Shown here: in pieces, positions 8,713-16,815 of the stretch
Layout of the letters: each line of letters begins with the position of its first letter
Position numbering within the stretch: the stretch's first letter is position 1
Source: Dehalococcoidia bacterium
GTDB lineage: Bacteria > Chloroflexota > Dehalococcoidia > UBA2979
Assembly: GCA_009692765.1 (NCBI GenBank)
Contig: SHYQ01000004.1
Coordinates: 1 to 47,042, forward strand
Direction of reading: 5' to 3'
Length of the DNA stretch: 47,042 nucleotides
The notes under the pieces: generated by a model
Told to the model about the DNA's origin: nothing
The model's input: only the letters and a program-made list of their open reading frames with translations
Database searches by the model: none
Program-made: the position numbers and the translations under genes

Positions 8713-10621
8713 CCCGCTCGAGTTGTACGAGGCGCTGCGCGCGCCGGCCGCGGCGGCGTACGCCGCGTGGCGCAAGCCCGTGCGCCCGCGCATCGACGTC
8801 GCGCTGGACACCTCGTCGCTCGCCAACGGCGCGGCGAAGACGCGCGCCGCGATCGCGGACGCCGTGCGCGCGCGCAACGCCGCGGTCGACCTCGGACGGG
8901 TGCACGGCTACGGCATGCAGTGGTGCCAGCCGCTGGTGACCGTGACCTTCCCCGACGGCGCCTCCGTGATCTACGGCCCCGTGGCCCCCGCCGACGCGCA
9001 GACGATCGTCGACATCGCAACGGGCGCGCTCCCCGCGCGCCACCGGCTCGCCCTCGGCACGGTGGCGGGCGCGGTGGCGGGCGTGCCGAGCATGCGCGAC
9101 CACCCCTTCTTCGCGCTCGAGCCGCGCGAGCGGCGCGTGTTGGCGAGCATCGGGCTGACCGACCCGGAGTCGCTCGACCACGCGATCGCAAACGGCGCGT
9201 ACCACGCCGCCGCGCGCATGCTCGACCGCCACCAGACGCCCGCGCAGGTGCGCCAGGCGCTCGTCGATGCCGGCGTCGGCGGCCGCGGCGGCGGCAACTT
9301 CCCCGCCGGCACGAAGTGGAACTTCCTCGCCACCACGCCCGGCGAGGAGCACTACGTGATCTGCAACGCCGACGAGGGCGACCCGGGCGCGTGGGTGAAC
9401 CGCGTGATCATGGAGGGCGATCCCCACCTGCTGATCGAGGGGCTGCTGATCGCCGCCTACGCCACGGGCTCGCGCGGCGGCTTCATCTACATCCGCGACG
9501 AGTATCCGCTGGCGATCACGCGCATCGAGCAGGCCGTGCGCGACGCCGAGGCCGCCGGCCTGCTGAGCTCCGGTGGATCGGGCGAGGGCATCCTCGGCAC
9601 CGCGCTGCGCCTCGAGCTGCGCGTGATCCGCGGCGCGGGGTCGTACGTCTGCGGCGAGGAGACGGGGCTGATCGCCTCGATTGCCGACGACCGCGGCATG
9701 CCGCGCGTGAAGCCGCCGTTCCCGGCGACCTCGGGCGTCTTCTTCAAGCCCTCGAACGTGAACAACGTGGAGACCTACGCCAACGCGCCGCTGGTGCTGC
9801 GGCACGACGCGCCGTGGTACCACCGCTACGGCACGGAGCGCATGCGCGGCACGCGGCTGTTCTCCTTCTCGGGGGACATCGTGCGCGTCGGCTTCATGGA
9901 GGTGCCGTTCGGCGTGCCGCTGGCGGGCGCGCTCGAGGCGTGCGGAGGGATCGTGCCCGGGCACGCGCTGAAGGCGGTGCAGTCGGGCGGCCCGCTCGGC
10001 TCGATGCTCTCCGCGGAGCTGCTGCCGCAGCTGGACATGGAGAACGCGCCGTTCACCGCGCTGGACGCGCTGCTCGGCGGCGGCGGCATCGTCTTCCTCT
10101 CGGACGCCGTGTGCACGATCCACATGGGTGAGATGTTCGCCGAGTTCGTCGAGGACGAGTCGTGCGGCCGCTGCACCACGTGCCTGCGCGGCAACCAGCG
10201 CATGACCGAGATCTACCGCCGCACGATCGCCGGCGGCGGCCGCCGCGAGGACCGCCACAACCTCGAGCTGATCGACCGCACGCTGCAGTTCTCGAACTGC
10301 ATCCACGGCCAGTTCAGCCCGAAGATCATGCGCAACACGCTGCGCTTCTTCCCCCAGGAGTACGAGCGCCACGCGCTGGGCCACGCCTGCGACGCGCTGA
10401 CGTGCGCCGGGCTGATCCGCTTCCGCGTCACCGACCAGCGCGACCCCGCCCTCGCCGAGGCGCAGGCAATCTGCCCGGTGGGCGCGATCACCGGCGCCCC
10501 CGGCGCGCGCGCCGTGGACGACGCGACGTGCATCCGCTGCGGCGCGTGCACGGACGTGGCGCCGCGCGGCATGGCGCGCGAGGCGGCCCCCGCCGCGCCG
10601 CGCGTGATCGCGCTGGCGTAG
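8705..10621 (+). CDS. NuoF/HoxF/HydB-like FMN NAD(H)-binding subunit
   Basis: GRGGGNFPAGTKW, CNADEGDPG, YVCGEETGL, NNVET, ESCGRCTTC...C and a C-terminal ferredoxin motif CIRCGAC. Confidence 0.9.
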   Translation: MPSPLELYEALRAPAAAAYAAWRKPVRPRIDVALDTSSLANGAAKTRAAIADAVRARNAAVDLGRVHGYGMQWCQPLVTVTFPDGASVIYGPVAPADAQTIVDIATGALPARHRLALGTVAGAVAGVPSMRDHPFFALEPRERRVLASIGLTDPESLDHAIANGAYHAAARMLDRHQTPAQVRQALVDAGVGGRGGGNFPAGTKWNFLATTPGEEHYVICNADEGDPGAWVNRVIMEGDPHLLIEGLLIAAYATGSRGGFIYIRDEYPLAITRIEQAVRDAEAAGLLSSGGSGEGILGTALRLELRVIRGAGSYVCGEETGLIASIADDRGMPRVKPPFPATSGVFFKPSNVNNVETYANAPLVLRHDAPWYHRYGTERMRGTRLFSFSGDIVRVGFMEVPFGVPLAGALEACGGIVPGHALKAVQSGGPLGSMLSAELLPQLDMENAPFTALDALLGGGGIVFLSDAVCTIHMGEMFAEFVEDESCGRCTTCLRGNQRMTEIYRRTIAGGGRREDRHNLELIDRTLQFSNCIHGQFSPKIMRNTLRFFPQEYERHALGHACDALTCAGLIRFRVTDQRDPALAEAQAICPVGAITGAPGARAVDDATCIRCGACTDVAPRGMAREAAPAAPRVIALA

Positions 10622-10626
10622 CGCCG

Positions 10627-10809
10627 ATGCTCGACGGGCGCTGGCGCTGGACGCGGGTGTGGGTGCTGTTCGCGCTGGCGAGCGTGCTGGCGTTGACGGC
10701 GTGCGCGACGGGCGCGGCCCCGTGCGCGATCACGCGCCCGCTCTCCGTCGTCACGACGCTGCTCGCCGCCGGCATCTCGCTCTTCGACGGCTCGCCCTCG
10801 GCGTACTGA
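10627..10809 (+). CDS. Small hydrophobic protein, possible lipoprotein (60 aa)
   Basis: ATG 5 nt after the nuoF-like stop; basic N-terminus, hydrophobic stretch and LTAC lipobox-like motif. Confidence 0.4.
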   Translation: MLDGRWRWTRVWVLFALASVLALTACATGAAPCAITRPLSVVTTLLAAGISLFDGSPSAY

Positions 10810-10839
10810 CGAGCGCGACGCGCGCACCCGGGCGTAGCG

Positions 10840-11320
10840 ATCGAGGACTGATGGGCGCGGCTCATCCCCCTGCCCCCTTCCCGGCGCGGGAAGGGGGTTC
10901 CGAAAGCAGAAACAGAAAGAGGTGCGAGGGGGCTGCGCCCCTCGCGCTCCCGGCGGAGGCGTGCGCGGCAGGCGCACGCCGGAGCGGGGGACGCGACCCC
11001 GGCCCGTTCAGAACCCCCTCCCCGCAGGGGGAGCGGGCAGGGTGAGGCGCGCCTGCCGCGCGCCGTTCCACCGGGAGCGCGAGGGGCGAGCTTCGACGAC
11101 TGCCCGGCCGTGCGACACAGGCGCACACCGGAGCGGGGGACGCGACCCTGGCCCGTTCAGAACCCTCTCCCCGCAGGGGGAGCGGGCAGGGTGAGGCGCG
11201 CCTGCCGCGCGCCGTTCCGCCGGGAGCGCGAGGGGCGCAGCCCCCTCGCAACCAACTCTCCTCATCTTGAACCCCTCCCGCGCCGGGAGGGGGCAGGGGG
11301 CGGGCCGCCCCCGTCAGTCC
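10840..11320. repeat. Composite REP/REPIN-like element, copy 2, with an internal duplication (149-bp period)
   Basis: Inverted ends at 10861-10956 and 11218-11304; direct repeat 10969-11088 vs 11118-11237. Confidence 0.92.
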
Positions 11321-11349
11321 GCGGACGCGCGGCGCCTCGGACGCCCCGC

Positions 11350-11988
11350 TCAGCCCTCGAGGTCGGCGCGCTCGGAGTAGACGAAGCCGAGCAGGCGGTA
11401 GCGGCCCTTGCGCAGCGCCACCTCGTCCCACGGCATCAGGCGGGTGGCGACGATGCCCCAGCCGGTGGTGCGCCAACGCGGCTGGCCGGGGCAGGCGTCG
11501 CCGGCGTTCATCTCGCTCACCACCAGGCCGTCGTCGGTGACCGCCTCGACCCAGGCGCAGTGGCCGTTGAAGGCGCGCGGGCTGGAGACGCCGTCCCAGT
11601 CGTCCCACACCACGATCGTCGAGACGCGCGCGCCCTCGAGGTCGGCGCGCACGCGCCAGCCGGCGGCAGCGGCGTTCCAGAACCAGGTGCGCGCGCCACC
11701 GGACCAGTTCACGCCGGGCTCGGGCGCCACCGTGTCGAAGCGGCGCGCGGCGTACGTGGTGCACTGGCCGCCGCTGCCCTCGCGCACGCTGGCGAAGCCC
11801 TTGTACGGGCGCGCGTCGCGGCCCTCCATGTCGCACGCGCCCGCCGCCCCGGCCACGTGCTCGCCGCGCCCGCGGCCGAGCGGCGCCAGCAGCAGCGCGC
11901 CCGCCGCGGCGCCCGCCAGCGCGCCGGCGAGCCGGCCGAGGAAGGCACGGCGGGAGGCGGGCGCGGGGAGGGCGGGGGCGGTGGACAT
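11350..11988 (-). CDS. Tat-exported CHAP-domain amidase
   Basis: SRRAFLGRL Tat motif; GQCTTYA (catalytic Cys), GHCAWVEAV (His), VSEMN. Confidence 0.8.
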   Translation of the reverse strand: MSTAPALPAPASRRAFLGRLAGALAGAAAGALLLAPLGRGRGEHVAGAAGACDMEGRDARPYKGFASVREGSGGQCTTYAARRFDTVAPEPGVNWSGGARTWFWNAAAAGWRVRADLEGARVSTIVVWDDWDGVSSPRAFNGHCAWVEAVTDDGLVVSEMNAGDACPGQPRWRTTGWGIVATRLMPWDEVALRKGRYRLLGFVYSERADLEG

Positions 11989-12176
11989 GAAGCGAGAGCC
12001 TACCGGGCCGGCGGCCCGCTGTCACCCCCGGTCGCCGGGCACCATCGCCGGCGGCCGGGGCGCGTGCGGCCCGTCCGGCGGGCCCGTCCGCGGGGGCCTT
12101 CCGAGGGGAGCGGCGGGCGCGTAGACTGAGCGGGTCGGGCCACCCCGCGTCTCCCCGCGGAAGCGCAGCACCCACC

Positions 12177-14951
12177 GTGGCCACGTCTCCGCGCTCCAGC
12201 ACCGGCGGCTCCGCGCGCTCTGGCGCCCACACGCCCGCGCGGCAGCAGTACCTCGATCTCAAGGCGCAGCACCCCGACGCGCTCCTGCTGATCCGCATGG
12301 GCGACTTCTACGAGACCTTCGACGCCGACGCCGAGACGGCGGCGCGCGTGCTCGGCATCGTGCTGACCTCGCGGCCGATGGGCGGCGCCGCGGGTGGGGC
12401 GGAGGCGCGCGTGCCGCTCGCGGGGATCCCCCACCACCAGCTGGAGCGCTACCTCGACCAGCTGGTGGCGGCGGGGCTGCGCGTCGCGATCGCCGACCAG
12501 ACCAGCGTGCCGCCGTCGAAGGGGGGCGCGCCGGGGCTCGTGGAGCGGCGGATCACGCGCGTCGTGACGCCGGGGACGGTGGACCGCGGGGCGCTGCTCA
12601 CCGAGCGCGGCAACAACTGGCTCGTCGCGATCGCCCCCGTCGGCGCCCCCGCGGGCGAGGCCCCCGGGGAGGGCGCGCGCTGGGGGCTCGCCGCGTGCGA
12701 CGTCACCACCGGGGAGCTGGAGCTCTCGCTGGCCGCCACGGAGGCGCTGGCGGGCGAGTGGGCGCGCCTCGCGCCGCGCGAGGTGCTGCTGGCCGAGGGC
12801 ACGCCGGCGACGGTGCTCGCCGCCGCGCTGGGGGCGCTGCCCGACGGGGCGCTGCGCACGGAGCGGCCGGCGCGCGAGTTCCGGCCCGACCGCGCGACGG
12901 CGGCGCTGGCGGAGCGGCTCGGCGTCGCCAGCCTCGAGGGGTACGGGCTCGAGGCCTTCGCGGCCGCCGTGGGCGCGGCGGGCGCGATCGTGGCGTACCT
13001 CGCGGCGACGTGGCCGCAGGCGCTGGCGCACCTGCGCGCGCCGCGCGCGGTGCGCGCCGCGGACGTCGTCTACCTGGACCCGCAGACGCGGCGGAACCTG
13101 GAGCTCTTCGCCCCTTCAGCGGGCGGAGGCGCACCGGGCGGAGGCGCGGCCGGCGCGGGCTCGCTGGTGGAGACGCTGGACCGCACGCTGACGGCGATGG
13201 GGGCGCGGCTGCTGCGCGCGCGCCTGGGGCGGCCGCTGCGCGCGGCGGCAGCGGCCGACGCGCTGCTGGACGAGGTGGCGGCGTTCGTGGACGCGCCGCT
13301 GCCGCGCAGCGCGCTGCGCGGGGCGCTGCGCGGCCTGCCGGACTTCGAGCGGCTGCTGGGGCGCGTGCGCGCCGGCAGCGCGGGGGCGCGCCAGCTGGTG
13401 CAGCTGCGGCGCGGGCTGGAGGCGCTGCCGGCGCTGCGCGCGCGCGCCGTGGAGGCCGGCGCCGCCGCCGCGGCGATGGCGCGCGGGCTCGCCGGGGGCG
13501 GCGAGGCGGCGGCGGCGATCGCGGCGGCGCTGGACGACGACCCGCCGGCGGAGGTCGGCGAGGGCGCGACGGTGCGCGACGGCTTCGACGCGGAGGTCGA
13601 CCGGCTGCGCGCGCTGGCCAGCGGCGCGCGCGACGCGCTCGCCGCGCTGGAGACCGCGGAGCGCGCGCGCAGCGGCATCGCCACGCTACGCGTCGGCTAC
13701 CACCGCGTCTTCGGCTACTACCTCGAGTGCGGGCGCGGGCAGGCGGAGCGCGCGCCGGCGGACTACGAGCCGCGCCAGACGCTGGCGAACGCGCAGCGCT
13801 TCCGCTTCGCGGCGCTGGCCGCGCTGGAGACGGAGATCCTCGGCGCGAAGGAGGCGCTGCTCGAGGCGGAGCGCGGCGTGCTCGACCGCGCGCGGGCGCA
13901 GGCGGCGGCGGCGGGCGCCGAGATCGAGCGCGCGGCGGCGGCGGTGGCGCGGCTGGACGTAGCGGCCGCGCTGGCCGAGGCCGCCGCGGACGGCGGCTAC
14001 GTGCGCCCGGAACTGGCCGAGGGCGGCGCGATCGTGATCGAGGGTGGCCGCCACCCGGTGGTGGAGCGCGGCCTGCCGCGCGGCGCCTTCGTGCCGAACG
14101 ACGTGTCGCTTGGCGGCGGGGCGGGCGGCGGGATGGGCGGCGGGGCCGACATCATCGTGCTCACGGGGCCGAACATGGGCGGGAAGTCCACCTACCTGCG
14201 GCAGACGGCGCTGATCGTGCTGATGGCGCAGTGCGGCGTCTACGTGCCCGCGACGCGCGCCCGGGTGGCAATGGTCGACCGCATCTTCTCGCGGGTGGGG
14301 GCGCAGGACGACATCGCGTCGGGGCGCTCGACGTTCATGGTGGAGATGCTCGAGACCGCGACCATCTTACATAACGCGACAGAGCGGTCGCTGGTGATCC
14401 TGGACGAGGTCGGGCGAGGCACCGCCACCTACGACGGGCTGGCGATCGCGCGCGCCGTGCTCGAGCACCTCCACCACCGGCCCGGCGGGACGCCGAAGAC
14501 GCTGTTCGCGACGCACTACCACGAGCTGACGGCGCTCTCCGGCACGCTGCCGCGCGTGGCCAACCGCGCCGTCGCGGTGCGCGAGGAGGAGCAGGAGATC
14601 GTGCTGCTGCACCGCGTCGTCGAGGGCGGCGCGGACCGCTCGTACGGCGTGCACGTGGCGGCGCTGGCGGGGCTGCCGCGCCCCGTGGTAGCGCGCGCGC
14701 GCGAGTTGCTCGCCGACCTCGAGGCAGCACCGCTCGCTGGAGCGTCCGCCGCGCCGTCCACGGGGGGGCGCGGCGCAGCGCGCGCGGTGGCGGCGGGCGC
14801 GCAACTGGCGCTGGTGGCGGCGGCGGCGGACGAGGCGCTGCTGCGCGAGCTGGCAGCGCTCGACGCCGACGCGCTGACGCCGCTCGCGGCGCTCCAGCGG
14901 CTCTACGAGCTGCGCGCGGCGGCGCGCCGCCGGCTGGGCGTCGAGGGATGA
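12177..14951 (+). CDS. mutS: DNA mismatch repair protein MutS
   Basis: TPARQQYLDLK, RMGDFYETF, GRHPVVE, TGPNMGGKSTYLRQ, STFMVEM, DEVGRGT, FATHYHEL, SYGVHVA. Confidence 0.98.
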   Translation: MATSPRSSTGGSARSGAHTPARQQYLDLKAQHPDALLLIRMGDFYETFDADAETAARVLGIVLTSRPMGGAAGGAEARVPLAGIPHHQLERYLDQLVAAGLRVAIADQTSVPPSKGGAPGLVERRITRVVTPGTVDRGALLTERGNNWLVAIAPVGAPAGEAPGEGARWGLAACDVTTGELELSLAATEALAGEWARLAPREVLLAEGTPATVLAAALGALPDGALRTERPAREFRPDRATAALAERLGVASLEGYGLEAFAAAVGAAGAIVAYLAATWPQALAHLRAPRAVRAADVVYLDPQTRRNLELFAPSAGGGAPGGGAAGAGSLVETLDRTLTAMGARLLRARLGRPLRAAAAADALLDEVAAFVDAPLPRSALRGALRGLPDFERLLGRVRAGSAGARQLVQLRRGLEALPALRARAVEAGAAAAAMARGLAGGGEAAAAIAAALDDDPPAEVGEGATVRDGFDAEVDRLRALASGARDALAALETAERARSGIATLRVGYHRVFGYYLECGRGQAERAPADYEPRQTLANAQRFRFAALAALETEILGAKEALLEAERGVLDRARAQAAAAGAEIERAAAAVARLDVAAALAEAAADGGYVRPELAEGGAIVIEGGRHPVVERGLPRGAFVPNDVSLGGGAGGGMGGGADIIVLTGPNMGGKSTYLRQTALIVLMAQCGVYVPATRARVAMVDRIFSRVGAQDDIASGRSTFMVEMLETATILHNATERSLVILDEVGRGTATYDGLAIARAVLEHLHHRPGGTPKTLFATHYHELTALSGTLPRVANRAVAVREEEQEIVLLHRVVEGGADRSYGVHVAALAGLPRPVVARARELLADLEAAPLAGASAAPSTGGRGAARAVAAGAQLALVAAAADEALLRELAALDADALTPLAALQRLYELRAAARRRLGVEG

Positions 14952-15019
14952 GTGCGCGTCGAGGGATGGGTGGGCGGGGCGGGGTGAGCGCGCCTCGCGG
15001 GGCCGGTCGCCTCCACTCC

Positions 15020-15170
15020 CGCGTGCGCCTGCCGCGCACGCCTCCGCCGGGAGCGCCTCCGCCGGAAGAGCGAGGCGCGCAGCCCACTCGCATCACCTGC
15101 TGCTGTCGGAACCCCCTCCCGCGCAGGGAGGGGGCAGGGGGTGGGCCGCGCCCCGCGTGCCTCGACGCCA
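15020..15170. repeat. Decayed half-element of the repeat family, copy 3
   Basis: Degenerate triloop motif with a CGCCTCCGCCGG duplication (15039/15054), followed by an intact triplex-type motif at 15112-15145. Confidence 0.85.
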
Positions 15171-15196
15171 CGCGCGCGTCGCGCGAGGCGCGCGGC

Positions 15197-16699
15197 TCAG
15201 CGCGGGGCGGGGCCGGGCGGGGCGCCGGCGTCCCCGGCGCGCGTCGCGCCGGGGACGCCGGCGCGATAGAGCGGCGCCTCGAGCGCCGCGCCGATGTCGA
15301 GCAGGCCGGGGTCGCCGGGGAGCGCGCCGGGCTGGCGGCTGTTCAGCAGCAGCATGCGCAGCAGCGGCGCGGCGGCCTCCGGGAAGCGCGCGCGCAGCAG
15401 CGCGGCGGCGCCCGCGACGATCGGCGTGGCGAAGGAGGAGCCGCTGGCGGAGGCGTAGGGGCCGTCCGTGCAGATCCAGCCGTGCGTGCCGCAGAACTCG
15501 CGCGGCACCGCGCTGAGCACGTTGACCCCCGGCGCCATGACGTCGACGGCGCCGAAGTTCGTGAAGGCGGCGAGTGCGCGGTAGTCGATGCCCGTCGGGC
15601 CGACGCGTCCGCTGGCGGCGACCGAGATTACGCCGGGGTAGGCGGCGGGATAGGTGATGCCGGGGCGGCCGTCGTTGCCGGCGGAGGCGACGACGAGCGC
15701 GCCGCGCGCCTGCGCCTCCAAGATCACCTCGCGCAGCACGAGCGAGTCGTTGGTGGTGCCGAAGGAGACGTTGATCACGTGCGCGCCCATGCGCGCGGCG
15801 TAGCGGATGCCGGCGGCGGCGTCAGCGATGCGGCCGGTGGCAGTGCAGTCGAGCACCTTGACGGAGAGCAGCCGCGCCTGCCAGGCGACCCCCGTCATGC
15901 CGGTGGCGTTGTCGCCGGCGGCGGCGGCGAGGCCCGCGACGAAGCTGCCGTGGCCGTCGTCGTCCCAGGCGCGCGCGTTGGGCGGCGGCACGTCGTAGCC
16001 GCAGTCGGGGTCGGCGGTCGCCAGCGTGACGAAGTTGCACCCGGCGAAGTCGGCGACGCAGCCGTTGCCGTCGTCGTCGCGGCCGGACAGCGGCTGCTCG
16101 CGCGGGTTGCGGTAGATGCGCTCGCGCAGGTCGGGGTGATCGAAGCCGATGCCGGTGTCGATGATCGCGATGAGCACGCCCACCCCGCCGGTGGAGATCT
16201 CCCACGCCGCCGGCGCGCGGATCACCTCGAGGTAGCCGGACTGCCGCGCGTACATCGGGTCGTCGGGGAGGCGGGCGGCGCGCACGATGGCGTCCGGCTC
16301 GACGCCGCGCGCGAGCCCGCTGGCGGCGAGGCGCGCCGCCAGCGCGGTGGCGTCGCCGCCGCGCGGGACGCGCACGCGCACGGCGGCTTCGCCGGCGCCC
16401 GGGCGCAGCGCGTCGAAGCCGGCGGCGGCGAGCCGTGCGTGCGCCGCGGCGACGTCGAGGCCGCGCGCCGGCGAGACGAGCACGACGTCGGTGTCCGCCG
16501 GGACCGGGAACAGCTCGACGCGGCGCGCGGCGGCGTCCGCGGAGCGCGCGGCCGGCGCAGCGTTGTGCGGCGCGAGCACGGCGAGCACCGTGGCTCCGCG
16601 GGGCGCGGGGTCGTGCGGCGCGAGCACGGCGACGGCGGCCAGCGCGACGAGCGCGGACAGGCGGAGCAGACGCGGCGGCGCGTGGCGCTGGGTAGCGAT
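15197..16699 (-). CDS. Secreted S8 (subtilisin-like) serine peptidase; start codon uncertain
   Basis: Triad motifs IIDTG, GHGSFVAG and GSSFATPIVAG; oxyanion SAGN; the signal-peptide-like frame extends upstream of GTG 16627 to ATC 16699. Confidence 0.9.
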   Translation of the reverse strand: MATQRHAPPRLLRLSALVALAAVAVLAPHDPAPRGATVLAVLAPHNAAPAARSADAAARRVELFPVPADTDVVLVSPARGLDVAAAHARLAAAGFDALRPGAGEAAVRVRVPRGGDATALAARLAASGLARGVEPDAIVRAARLPDDPMYARQSGYLEVIRAPAAWEISTGGVGVLIAIIDTGIGFDHPDLRERIYRNPREQPLSGRDDDGNGCVADFAGCNFVTLATADPDCGYDVPPPNARAWDDDGHGSFVAGLAAAAGDNATGMTGVAWQARLLSVKVLDCTATGRIADAAAGIRYAARMGAHVINVSFGTTNDSLVLREVILEAQARGALVVASAGNDGRPGITYPAAYPGVISVAASGRVGPTGIDYRALAAFTNFGAVDVMAPGVNVLSAVPREFCGTHGWICTDGPYASASGSSFATPIVAGAAALLRARFPEAAAPLLRMLLLNSRQPGALPGDPGLLDIGAALEAPLYRAGVPGATRAGDAGAPPGPAPR

Positions 16700-16815
16700 C
16701 GTGTCCCGCCCGTCTGGGGAGGCCGTGGTGAAAGGCTCGCGCTCATGCTAGCCAGCGGCCGATCGGCGGGCAACCGCGCGGGCCGAGTCCGCCGCGCCCC
16801 GGTGCGGGGGACGCG

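Noticed and set aside
8122-10621. Calling these nuoE/nuoF of complex I
   Set aside because: No other nuo genes are adjacent and the large subunit has the longer HydB/HoxF architecture, so no gene symbol was assigned
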